NCBI RefSeq assembly: GCF_006345805.1 | Contig: NC_042998.1 | Span: 89,528,001-89,592,000, forward strand | Source of the DNA: Octopus sinensis | Taxonomy: Eukaryota | Length of the DNA: 64,000 nt | Reading direction: 5' to 3' | Shown: one piece after another, positions 12,010-23,698 of the stretch | Numbering within the stretch: the stretch's first letter is position 1 | How the letters are laid out: every line of letters begins with the position of its first letter | Program-made: the position numbers and the translations under genes | The notes under the pieces: model-generated | The model's database searches: none | Told to the model about the DNA's origin: nothing | Seen by the model: the letters and a program-made list of their open reading frames with translations, nothing else

Positions 12010-12258
12010 AATGTATGTGTAGGTGTGAAGATGTGGGGATGGGTGTGTGGGTGGTGTGTTGTGATGTAATGTGTAATGTTGTATGGTGTAGTATGGTGTG
12101 GTGTGATGTTGTGGGGAGGTGGGGGAGGCGAGATTGGGGAAAGCACGGGTGGGGTGTGGATTCGGCTGGGAGTTGGGGTAGAGTTGGGGTTTGTGGGTAG
12201 GCAGAGGGTGGGGTAGAGGTGGGGTCTGTGGGGGATGGGTGTGGGATAGGATGGGGGG
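12010..12258 (+). repeat. GT/G-rich low-complexity tract with G-quadruplex potential
   Basis: More than 15 runs of GGG or longer in 12112-12258. Confidence 0.7.
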
Positions 12259-12269
12259 ACACTACAAAG

Positions 12270-13127
12270 ACACCACAAATCGTTCAACGTTTTCAAAACT
12301 ATTGATGACAATTGCATAAAATCAATGAGGGTTATCACCAAAAGACCCCTGGGTCGGAGTGGACTATCAGAACTGTGGTGCACAAGGACATTCGATATGG
12401 GTTGCATGCAATGACAGAATAATAGCGTTTGATCTGTGGCGAGCAATTGCTTAAGCTTAAAATGCCTCACGGACATGGTGTGTTCTTCTCTGATGAGACA
12501 AACGTCGATCATAACTAAATGTTTAATTGGAGGAATTGTTACATGCAGATAGTTAAGTGTAGATCATCTTGATGTTCCCAGAGTGATGCAGACTAAATTT
12601 CCAAGAACTGTGATGGTTTTAGGTATGGTGGGTAAAGAAGATCATGTCATACCACCTGACATCTTTTCACAAGTCTTTTCACGAATTAATACTGCTGGAT
12701 GCGTTGAGGTGCTGGAGACAGTTGTTAAGACCTTCATGGATGAAGTATGCAGTAAAAGGCTATATGTGTTTCAACAAGACTCAACACTTTCTCACAAAGC
12801 CCATGTAACCCCAAAATGGATGTCAAACAATCTTTACAGTCATGTAACACCAAACTTGTGACCTCTATACTCGGCATATTTAAATCCTACAGACTTCTAT
12901 GTTTAGTGCGTTCTTAAAAGAGCCACTGATCGACATCCTAACAATACTATAACTTCGCTGAAGGCTACCATTGTCTAGATCAGTGGTTCACAACTTTTTT
13001 ACAGTGGTTCCCCACAGTGGTTCCTAACCCTTTTATTTAAATGAGTTTTCCCACGGACCTCTTTTAATATGCTTATATTTATGTGCTGTATGTATGTGTG
13101 TACACACACACACACATACACACACAG

Positions 13128-13161
<34 letters not shown>

Positions 13162-13463
13162 GAAATTTTGAATTTAGTTCACGGACCCACAGTACTACCT
13201 TTGCAGACCACCAGTCGAGAACCACTAGTCTAGATGATATCCAATATGAATAAGGACCAGTTAGTGCAGGCATGTCAGCGACTCCGGTCCCGCATTAAAG
13301 CTGAAGGCGGGTTCATGAATAATCTTAGAAGAAATGTTATTGACAACATGTGCACAATTTTTTTAAAGCACATTTGGTTTTTGCAAGATTGGAATTGTTT
13401 TATTAAATCAAGTATCCCTTCAAACTATTAAATTATCAAATATACCTCTCGTACTCTCTGTAT
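12270..13463 (+). mobile_element. Degenerate Tc1/mariner-superfamily transposase interrupted by a MITE
   Basis: SEWTIRTVVHKDIRY, VFFSDETN, YVFQQDSTLSHKA and WPLYSAYLNPTDFY; the frame resumes after the MITE as MISNMNKDQLVQACQRLRSRIKAEGG. Confidence 0.85.
12981..13227. mobile_element. hAT-type MITE with 8 bp TSD
   Basis: Ends cagtggttc / gaaccacta; TSD gtctagat at 12973-12980 and 13228-13235. Confidence 0.85.
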
Positions 13464-14404
13464 ATGATTGTATCATCATTTGTTCGAATCCTGGATCGGA
13501 TAGTGTATTGTGTCCTTGAGCAAGACTCAATTTCATGTCGTTCTAGTTAATCTATCTGTAACTGAGTACTAGTCAGAGTACTGGTGCAGCACTCTCTACC
13601 TCCAGCTATGATGTCCAAGATATTTTGCTACGGCAAGGGTTAAGAGACGGAGAGAGTGCCTGATTCTACCCGCAAAAATAAAAGTATAGTATATGCTAGG
13701 GAGAGATATTCACTTGCGAGTGATAGTGGACTGTATTATATAACTACACGTGCAGGGCTGTAACCCACTTTACAAAACCTCCGGTTAAGAAATCCTGCAC
13801 TTACGAAAATTCTAATTTATAAACACAAAATTTTGAGTACGACCTCTTTTTTCACCCTTAGGGAAACTTGAAAACTAAAATCCCGAAACATATTTATGTA
13901 TAAACACTTACTCAGTTATAAAATAAATTTGGGTTGACACTTTAATACGCCCTGCCACTCCTCTCATTAGATTTATTTATTCAATCTCTGTAAATTTTTG
14001 TTGCTTGCAGCCAACCAATTCAATTATTTAGATCATTTTTCTTCTGCAAGAATTTCTTTTCATTATTCTTAATATTCTTTCCTTGTTCAGCCTCCATCCT
14101 GTTTGCACATGCACCAGTTCAAATGACCTTGTTTTTTAATGCTTTCAGTATTATTTCCAATGCTTCTTTGTCCGTTCTTCCACCTTTTTGTGGGCACAGA
14201 ATTTTCACCCACATATTACCATTTCATTCATTTTGATATCACACCTCCAATCCTTCCTTTTTCGTTATTGCATACCAAGCAATAAAGTTATTGTTTTTTT
14301 ACAACTCAGAACATCTCTTAGATCCTAGTGTTTTTACTTTTGGAGTTTTACTTTTTGCCTGTCTCCACTCGCAACTGAATTTAGTCCCAAACTCTTATAG
14401 AAAG

Positions 14405-14830
14405 ATGCCATCAAGTGGAAGTGGAAGCAACAGTGAAAACAGGGGTCGTAGAGGTATCACGTTAGACGTTAAACTTGATGTTTTACAATGGATTCCAGCG
14501 TAGAAAAATCCAGCCACATTAGAAAAGTATCAAAAGCAATACGCAACAAAATAGAGAATATTAGGTCAAGAACTCAAACATTTACAACGATAATTGCATG
14601 TGTATCATATTCTTTAATAAATCTGATATGATGCTTAATACGTAAATGTTTCTGAGCGTGGATCTACGATTGAATGTAAGAAGCCGATAAACACGATGGT
14701 CATTCAAGTAAAAGCTAAAAGTTGATACAACTAGAAAGGGGAGGTGCAAATTCTAGTATAAAGCCCTTTGGGTATTAAAGAATTATTTGGAAGTTTTAAG
14801 AGGCACATTAAAACGACCGGTAAAGCTGTC
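14405..14830 (+). mobile_element. pogo/Tigger transposase N-terminal remnant
   Basis: RRGITLDVKLDVL and INTMVIQVKAK resemble CENP-B-type HTH segments; heavily degraded. Confidence 0.6.
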
Positions 14831-15978
14831 AATTTTTAATTACTCCAGGGAGCTGAAAGCGGCTTAACACCTGAGCAAGCTACAATTTTAAGAACACTTA
14901 ATTTTTTTCTCTAAGTACGTTTGTTGCAGCTAATCTTACCCTTCTGTACAGACAAAGGTTTAGTGCGATATGTAATATTATCAACAATGCAGTGCTACGT
15001 TTAGACAATACACTAATCCACCCAATAAACTTAAATGATTTTTCTTATAATGTAAGAATAGAATTCATTCACAAGAACACACAATTTATTTAATTCAGCC
15101 AATGAATTTAAGCGGAATAGCTAACTTCAATGCGATATTACTAAGAACGTGAAACAACTAAAAAACGCAACCAACAGATTTTAAATCAGTCTTGGAAAAG
15201 GATCGTAATTATTTTGGCCTTTATTTGAACACCAAATCAGTTAGATTAAGCCTAGCACAGCTGTTGAAAGCTTTGGGACTTTTGAAATGGTACACTTGTA
15301 GAAATTTAGTTTCATGTTACCGACAGAATTTATTCTTGTAAGACGCATCAGACGATCTTTGAAACATTTTAAGTCTAGTGTTGAGTTTACGCCACAGGAA
15401 ATAAAGTTCGAAACTATTGTAAAAATTCACCACTATAGGTATTATGGATAATATTGCCGAGCCAAGGAATGGCGTGTAATACTCAGCAAAGGTAATTTTA
15501 AACATTTTTGACTAGATTTTATCAATTAGTTCGGCAAGATATGACACTGAAAAATAATGTAAGATTTGAAGATGTCTTGTAGATGATGTGGTCGAGTTCC
15601 ACAGAGAAAGTTTTTTTCTCTATGGAAAACTGATGCCGTTAGAACAAACGTAAACTGCAAACCAAGAAGGTGATATAAGGTCCCACCCACTCCACTTTAA
15701 TTGACCGCAAAGTATATGTCTAGTGATTGGCATTTATATAAAAAAATCTACTAGGATCAGAAATATTAAATTTCTAAATATCTCATAGAGATATATGCGG
15801 TGGTGGAGCGATAGAGTGGTTGTATACTGTCAACGTAACGTGACAGTCCCGTAAGGGAATTACACCACCGCTATTTAGCCCTAGGAAGCATCGACGCTTC
15901 CTATCGGCCTTGACACATTTCCTGTGTCTTTATATATTTACGAAGGGGAGACAAACACCCCCAACAGCTAGGCCTGCA

Positions 15979-16024
15979 TCTAGATACATGCATGTTTCAG
16001 GGTCTTGCCCATCATCAGTCTAGA
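15979..16024 (-). ncRNA. Type I hammerhead ribozyme (family B)
   Basis: UCUAGA-CUGAUGA-u GGG caaga CCC u-GAAA-CAUGCAUG-UA-UCUAGA. Confidence 0.85.
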
Positions 16025-16246
16025 GTAGCAAGGCCTGCTAGCTGAAGATATTTGTCTAGACTTCGTAAATATATGTATATTTTTTTTCAGTGAAGTTTAT
16101 TCACTGATCACCAAAATCAGAAATATTAAATCTCAGAAATTTAATATTTCTGATTTTGGTGATCAGTGAATAAACTTCACTGAAAAAAAATATATATATA
16201 TTTACGAAGTCTAGACAAATATCTTCAGCTAGGAGGTCCTTGTTAC

Positions 16247-16292
16247 TCTAGACTGATGATGGGCAAGACCCTGAAACATGCATGTATCTAGA
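16247..16292 (+). ncRNA. Type I hammerhead ribozyme (family B)
   Basis: Same motif as the - copy; canonical core, GUA site, stem III palindrome ACAUGCAUGU. Confidence 0.85.
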
Positions 16293-16644
16293 TGCAGGCC
16301 TAGCTGTTGGGGGTGTTTGTCTCCCCTTCGTAAATATATAAGGACACAGGAAATGTGTCAAGGCCGACAGGAAGAATCTTCTAGGCTTTTGTTAATAACT
16401 TTAATCATGAATATGACATCAAAAATACACGAGAAGTTCAAAATGAGTTTAATTTCTACACTAAGCAGTACAAAGATACGGTACACCGTGATAGACAAAC
16501 AACTTCGGATTAATTCTCTAGCAATCACGCAGATGCTAATCGTGATGATTTACAAGGCTGGGGATAGTATCTGTCTTACAGCCCCATTGCATTGCACCAT
16601 CTTCCTATCCCATCACACAACAGTCGACACCTTTTGTAAAACTA

Positions 16645-16742
16645 CACACTCTGTCTACCACACTCTGTCTACCACACTCTGTCTACCACACTCTGTCTAC
16701 CACACTCTGTCTACCACACTCTGTCTACCACACTCTGTCTAC
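16645..16742 (+). repeat. 14 bp minisatellite (cacactctgtctac) x7
   Basis: Direct reading. Confidence 0.95.
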
Positions 16743-17662
16743 TATAATAATTCCATAATGAATTTCTCTTCCAAACATTTTTTCTCTCATACATACATCT
16801 TGTGTCATATGTGTTTAAAAATTGTTATAGTCATTCATAAAAGTATTTGTCCTACTTGTTTGTTCCCCCCCCCCCAAAATACATTCAGTTGGAAATTATC
16901 TGTTTCCTGTTACAGAATTCGGAATCTTTTACAGGAATCTACGTTTCTGTAACCGGTATGTGCTACTGCATGGTTGTGTGTGTGAGGGAGAGAAAGAGGA
17001 AGAGTAAGAGAGAGAGAGGAAGAGAAAGATAGAGAGTGGAAGAGAAAGAGGAGGAGAGAAAAGAGAGAGAGGTAGACATACGTTCATACATACTCACGCA
17101 TGCATGCATACATACATACATACAGTTTAAGTATATATGAGTATGTCAAGATATGCAAGCATATGAGTGAGAAGACATACATAAAATAAAACATAAAAAT
17201 CTGCACGTATACATACATACATACATACATACATACATACATACAAAAATATTCCGTTGTTGATATTGAAATTCTAATGAAGGATTTTGGATCTAGGTTT
17301 AGAAACCGACTCTTTCTGTATTGGCAAGAAATGACACACATGCAAGTAGTTTTTATATATAAATAGAAAAGTAAAATGGATATCCGTCGGTATTACGAAA
17401 AAGATTCCGTTGTTCAATCATTGGAAACTTCATCGATTGAATAACCTTGTAAATGGCGAAACATTCCGCAAGTACATGGATCATTAACATAATTCTCAAG
17501 TATTAACATGGTAACCGATCCAGTGTGATAAGGCTGTAACATTGAATTACAAGTAAAAACCATCAAATGAGAGCATCTATACTTTCCATCTACCGAATCT
17601 CATTTACAAGACTTTAGTCGCCCAAAATGTCAAGGAGACCCAAGACAATATTTTGAGAGGTG

Positions 17663-17715
17663 AGGAATTATGTACATTATTAATATTATTTACATTTGAC
17701 GGATATTTGTCCTCA
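17663..17715 (-). mobile_element. Inverted 3' fragment of the family C repeat
   Basis: gaggaattatgtacatt...tttacatttgacggatatttgtcctca matches 7034-7079 and 55145-55198. Confidence 0.8.
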
Positions 17716-17759
17716 CAAAATTGTTGGTATTAGTGGTGTTGATCCTAAAGCCAAATTCT

Positions 17760-18075
17760 CAAAGTATTCCTTGTACATACTGGCTATTATCAGTGATAAT
17801 GGCGAACTCATAGCTAACCCCTCTCTGTCGATATAGATCAGTGTCCATTCTGAAGTAGGTAGTTACTACACAGAAGATCAACATTTCCATTAAGTTTCCT
17901 GTGGGATGAAGGTGAAATAATAAACAGAGAACACCATTGGAAAAAACGAAAAATAAAAGAAGCAGCACATATGCTAGGACATAATAACCTCCTAAGCAGA
18001 CCGGGTGCAGATATGAGTAGCATATGAGAACCGGTATTAAGGAAGGATAGAAAATATAAGATATATAAGCCCTAA
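17760..18075 (+). pseudogene. Penelope-like element GIY-YIG endonuclease C-terminal remnant
   Basis: From 17902: WDEGEIINREHHWKKRKIKEAAHMLGHNNLLSRPGADMSSI*EPVLRK; upstream degenerate IPCT / GE motifs; recognised from memory, not searched. Confidence 0.7.
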
Positions 18076-18097
18076 AAGTCACTCCATAATTGCCCAC

Positions 18098-18153
18098 GGG
18101 CATATGGCGTAGTGGTTAAAACTGCGGGCTACTAACCTGAAGATTCCGAGTTC
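18098..18153 (+). other. tRNA-like (Pol III A/B box) head
   Basis: gggcatatggcgtagtggttaaaactgcgggctactaacctgaagattccgagttcg; same family at 55575-55726. Confidence 0.65.
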
Positions 18154-18215
18154 GGAATAATAATAACATTGAAAAATACCTTAGGAATGAGAAACCAGGT
18201 TCGAAATTTCCCCAA

Positions 18216-18261
18216 GACACCTGATGAAGGTTGCAGAATATATCAGCCGAAATGTTGTGTT
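18216..18261 (+). ncRNA. Minimal type I hammerhead ribozyme (family C)
   Basis: GACAC-CUGAUGA-A-GGUUG..CAGCC-GAAA-U GUU-GUGUU. Confidence 0.7.
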
Positions 18262-18981
18262 AACAACAAACAAGATGAGGAGAAATATCCGTCAAATGTA
18301 AGTAAGAACCCAAGACCTCATAGCTTTGCGTGTACACATTATATGTTTGTGTGTGTGTGTATGTGTGTGTGTGTGCGTGTGTGTGGTGCGTGTATGTGCA
18401 CAGTTTTGCTTCCATACATCATCAGTGATGTTTCCTGGGGTCATTCAGTAATCGGACAGCCTCAGGCAGGTGATTTAGTAAGGGTTGATCAAACCCTAGC
18501 ATTTATCCAGTCACCAATACCTTGATGGTGCTGCCCTTTTAGGCTTGCAACATCCGACCCACAGCCACCTTGAGGCTGTGTATATGTACAGACACATACG
18601 CTGGTACATTCTCATACACATGTGCGTGTGTATGTACATACCCATCTTTCTCTAGCTCTCTGACTTTGAGCGGAGTCTTGTCACTTCCGCTTAGGCACAC
18701 CTAGCCCAGTTGTTTCTCTTCTTTTTTCAGATATGTTGTGTTCAAACACCCGAGTCCTGCACTAATTCTTCTTCTACAAAACGCCGGAATCTCTGTTCTA
18801 TATATATCTTTCTTTTACAGATGTCGATTTGCAATTGTTTAAGAGGAACTTCCTTGGTATTAATCTCATCAGTCTTGGAAAACCTCAGAAAACCATAGGT
18901 GTTGCCCCTTCCACCAAACTTGCCAGTAAAAAAGTGTGTGTATGTGTATGTGAGTGTGTGTGTGTGCATGTGTGTGTGTGT

Positions 18982-19017
<36 letters not shown>

Positions 19018-19119
19018 GAGTATGCATTTATGTTTGTGTATGAGTTTATATGTCTACTTGAGAGGATATTCTTAAAATTTCTCTGTTCATCCAAGAAGGA
19101 AATAAATTAGAACCATAAA

Positions 19120-20130
19120 CATTACGTGTTATTCCACTTATTTATTCAGCAGATCAACACAGCCTGCAGATTGTTTCTCAAATTCTTACCCTCTAAAACT
19201 CAAAAGAGTTCATTTACTGGTCCTTGAAATACTGATCTGCTGACGCTATCACCTGACTGCCATCGGAAAAATTTGTTCCTTTTTAAGCTCATTTTTAAAG
19301 TAACAGAACAGAAAATACTTTGATGGAGCTATATTTAAATGGTCAATACATTCAAAGCCCACATTATATCTGTTGTCTTCTTAGTCTTCTGAGCATGTGC
19401 ATGTACATCGTCGTTTTTCTTTCAGCACTGACTTCAATTGGAACAGATGGTTAAATAGTATTCTAATTTCGTTATTTAGCCTTTTTGAAACTTGTCATCA
19501 AAATCCTTTCCTAATGCACAAAACATTATCCATGATCTTTTCAACAGATATCTGGGCCTTGAATATTTAGAGCCGTCGAGAACTCACGTCTCACTACTCT
19601 ATTAGTTGTTGCTTAGTCTCCAGATTAGGGTACTGTCACCACGTACCAGCAATTGTAACAAGTAGTTTGAAAACATGTTCACGATATCTCTGAAATTGCT
19701 GCAAAACCATTCGATTTCGTTTCTGGTCAGTAGTTAGGCATTTTGGCACCGATTATACATTACCCAAATGCTTTTGAATTATGTACCCAACGAGTTTCTT
19801 AGATACCCTCAGTGTTTCAGCAATTGATCTGACTGGACATTATCAACAATTTCAAGAATTGCAGTCATTGATGGCCTCAAAGATCGCTCTGCTTCTACAG
19901 ACTCAAAATCCCTACACTGAAAGTTACCACACCACCTCTTAACTGTTGTGGAAATGATGAGCAGCTCGCAGCCGATAATATAATCATGGATTTCCTTTTA
20001 TGCTTTCTTATGCAAGGACAGAAATTTATGATAGTTCTCAGTTTGACATTTGAAAGTTCTACATTTATCATTGGCATGTTTAAGTTAATGGCGTTAAACA
20101 GTTTTAATTACAGTTGTATGAATGCATAGT
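19120..20130 (-). mobile_element. Degenerate mariner element
   Basis: RSIAETLRVSKKLVGYIIQKHLG, VPKCLTTDQKRNRM, LVTIAGTW, ETKQQ and FKAQISVEKIM. Confidence 0.8.
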
Positions 20131-20492
20131 TGCACTTTACACCATAAAACAACACTTTTTCCAGCTGCAGTGAATGATAAATTCCGGTTTGGAGAAATGG
20201 GTTAAACCGAAAACTTTACAGAATCCTTTCATTTCCTTCAGTGTTCATTTGTGTGTGTGCGTGTATGCATGCGCGCGCGTATATATGTCTCTTTACATGT
20301 CTGCATGCATGTACGTAAGATGGAATTTATGAAAGGCTGATTTACGATTTTAAGACAGGGTAAAAGTAACCAGTGTATATGCCAGCGGCTATTATATGTT
20401 ATTCGCCTAGTCCCAACGTGGGCTTCATCCTTACCGCGGAGGAAATCAGAAACACTACACTCCGACTCGTGACAGAGGAACACCTCACTGTG

Positions 20493-20579
<87 letters not shown>

Positions 20580-21521
20580 AATACTCAGAGACATACGTAT
20601 ACACATCTGTTCATGCATCTCTGTCTTTCGCATTCTCTTGCTCTCTTTCTATTATTTTTATAATTTTTATATAAATATTTTATTTTAGTCTCATGATAGC
20701 CAAATTACCAAATGGCTTTTATCTGAGTAAGCTGATGTATGCTTAAGTGTGTGTGTGTGTGTGTTGTGCGCATGTGAATGCCTGTGAATAAACTAGAACT
20801 CGTGGGTGTGCACATCACAATAGGACAAAAATATATGTTTTATAATTGTTTATGTGTACGTGTATATGTATTCCATATGTATATGTGGTTGTGTGCACCC
20901 ATCAGCATGGAGAATCCCTGAAATATTTACAAATATTTACCGTCCCTCTTGATAGATTTGTGTGCCATAATTATGCGGTTGAGGTTTATAATTTACATGT
21001 TTCTAGTTGATCACACCTCGGAAGTACGACTGACATCATAGGTATATGTCCCTCGTTCACTAATGAGTAAAAATTGATAATTATTGTGTAGAATCCCGTT
21101 GTGTGTATTTCCAAAAGAGTTAAGCTTCAATTTCATTCCTTCGGCTCACAAACAAGCTGTCCTTCCTTCTTCCCTCTCTCATCCTTTTCTACCGCTACCA
21201 CAATGTCCTACTCTCCTCGAAACCAGTTAATCACATATTACCTCAGCCCACACACGCGACACCCACGTCTCTCCTCTTTCATCATGGTAATGCACCCTAT
21301 CCCAGTCCTTCGTTAGTCAATATGCACGGTCCTTTCTTTCAAGAATGATCCAGCCTCTAGAAAGTTCCGTCCGTTGCTCATAGCGTTCCTGCATTTGTCG
21401 GCATCCAACAGTTGAAGCGGAAAAGAAATGACGTTAATCTCATCGACCTGAGAAAACCCTGGGGAGAGCTCCTTTGTTCAGATCAAACTAATATGCATGA
21501 GTATGTGTCTGTGTATGTGCA

Positions 21522-21698
<177 letters not shown>

Positions 21699-21740
21699 AT
21701 CTATCTATCTATTGATCGATCTGTCTATCTATCTATTATG

Positions 21741-22030
21741 GTTAGTGGTTGAGGTGTCGCACTCACGATTGCGAGATCGTAGATTCGATTCCCAGACGGG
21801 CGTTGCGTTGTGTTCTTGAGCAAAGCATTTCATTTTAACGTCGCTCTGCAATCATTTAGACATCTGTCATATGGCAACCGTTGCACCTGCTCAGGTAATG
21901 TCGATCTGATGGATGGAGTGAGCATATGTCTAGACAAATATTTGATCGCTACAAACAAATCATCTGTGTAGTTGTTCAGTAAGAAATTGTCGAACCCTCA
22001 TACGTGGTCTAACGACGGGGAGAGTCCATC
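21741..22030 (+). mobile_element. tRNA-derived SINE
   Basis: gttagtggtt...agattcgattcccag head followed by tgttcttgagcaaagc; related copies near 13490, 29935, 35025 and 59500. Confidence 0.6.
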
Positions 22031-22540
22031 GTGTGTGTTTGTGTTTGTGTTTGTGTGTGTGTGTGGGGGGGTGTACATACGGTATCATATAAACGTAGAG
22101 TGCAGTAGTTTATTTAGGCTGCTCAAGGGGCCTGTTACACTGGAATTTCCAGCGTGTGCAGCCGCTTTTAAAACTGGGCAAATGGACACCCCTCGTCACC
22201 CTGATTGTGGAAGTATTCGGAGTAAAAGGTATTTATACGCGTACTTGCAGCAGTTTCTTCCGTCTCAAAAGATACGGAGTGTCTTTTCGTCAGGCTAATT
22301 TGTCTAGTGGAATTCTTACGTGCCTTGAACTTTCCAGTAACAAGTCACCATGGCACCGGTGTCGATTAACTATATGCGCTCACACGCACACATACACATA
22401 CATGCACATACATCCATTATAGGTAGATAGATGTGTAATGTGTATGTACGTGTATATATGTCTGTGTGCATTTATGTATGCGCGTGTGCATATATTTATC
22501 TCTCTCTCTCTCTCTGTTTCTCTCTCTCTCTCTCTCTCTC

Positions 22541-22578
<38 letters not shown>

Positions 22579-22638
22579 TATATATATATATATAATATAT
22601 ATATATATACTCAAAATAAGCAACAAGAATAACTTTGG

Positions 22639-22730
22639 TAATTTGGTACGATCGTTTCGCACTACATCATTTTATTAAATGTTGTAAGCATTACAACAAT
22701 TTTAAAATGTTGAGCACTCATCAGCCATTA
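22639..22730 (-). ncRNA. Type I hammerhead ribozyme with extended stem II (family H)
   Basis: UAAUGG-CUGAUGA-GUGCU..AGUGC-GAAA-CGAUCG-UA-CCA(aa)UUA. Confidence 0.8.
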
Positions 22731-22904
22731 ATAGAGGTTTTCCATTAATACATAATTTTCATATCAAGTGATAACCTTACATAGAAGGTAGATATATAGA
22801 CAAAGATGTGGATTTAAATTTTAGACATCTTTGTCTATATATCTACCTCTTATGTAAGGTTTATCACTTGATATGAAAATTATGTATTAATGGAAAACCT
22901 CTAT

Positions 22905-22996
22905 AAATGGCTGATGAGTGCTCAGTATTTTAAAATTGTTGTAATGCTTGCAACATTTAATAAAATGATGTAGTGCGAAACGATCGTACCAAATTA
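22905..22996 (+). ncRNA. Type I hammerhead ribozyme with extended stem II (family H)
   Basis: UGG-CUGAUGA-GUGCU..(about 50 nt)..AGUGC-GAAA-CGAUCG-UA-CCA; palindrome ACGAUCGU. Confidence 0.8.
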
Positions 22997-23163
22997 CCAA
23001 AGTTATTCTTGTTGCTTATTTTGATTATAATCACCCCATGGATTTATATGGATAACACCATTCAAAATTCTGGTGCATCTACCTTAAGTACCATATTCAT
23101 TTGAATCTAAATTTTGCTGAACTTATATATATATATTTACATAAAACGTATATATATGTATAT

Positions 23164-23226
<63 letters not shown>

Positions 23227-23461
23227 CATGTATAAAAAGTATGAATATTCGTATGTGCGTGTATGTATATAATGTAGGTGTTTATAGTTCTTCCTTTTAG
23301 ATAATTCAGATATGTTTCGACCAAAGATTGGTTCAGGGGATAAATAATAGCATAAATAAATTAAGGCGGTGCTCCAGCATTGCCGCAGTCAAATGACTGA
23401 AACATGAAAAAAGAATAAAAGTATGTGTGTGTGTAGACACACAGACACATATATATTCTTT

Positions 23462-23633
23462 TACTTGTTTCAGCTGGAGAACCGCCTTTACTTGAAGAAA
23501 TCAACCTCAGGACTTATTCTTTGTAAGCCTAGTACTTATTCTGTCGGTCTATTCTGCCGAACCTTTAAGTTACCGGGACGTAAACACACCAACATCGGTT
23601 GTCAAGCGATTGCGGGGTGGGACAAACACAGAC

Positions 23634-23664
<31 letters not shown>

Positions 23665-23666
23665 TG

Positions 23667-23698
<32 letters not shown>

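Larger units (their letters stand above)
15756..16385. mobile_element. Family B: ~360 nt HHR-bearing monomer (-) plus inverted partial copy (+), forming a long palindrome
   Basis: About 15897-16131 is the reverse complement of 16139-16374; atcagaaatattaaat at 15756 and 16116. Confidence 0.9.
22611..23024. mobile_element. Family H: near-perfect palindrome (two ~199 bp arms, 15 nt spacer), each arm with an HHR
   Basis: 22611-22809 is the reverse complement of 22825-23024. Confidence 0.9.

Noticed and set aside
16278-16952. 224 aa ORF as a gene
   Set aside because: It starts inside the family B repeat, runs through the 14 bp minisatellite, and has no recognisable domain.
17759-18103. Hydrophobic 114 aa minus-strand ORF as a membrane protein
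   Set aside because: It is the antisense reading of the Penelope endonuclease-like remnant.
18098-18153. Functional tRNA gene (also 55575-55726 and SINE heads)
   Set aside because: Acceptor stem pairing is incomplete, there is no oligo-T terminator, and the sequences are embedded in repeats.
22238-22296. CUGACGA..GAAAC..GUA on the - strand
   Set aside because: Stem I does not pair and 8 unpaired nt precede stem II; at best a fossil.
23308-23337. 30 bp identical to 51916-51945 with CUGAA..GAAA hairpin
   Set aside because: The core is incomplete and there is no stem I. It is more simply explained as the 3' end stem-loop of the CR1-type LINE.
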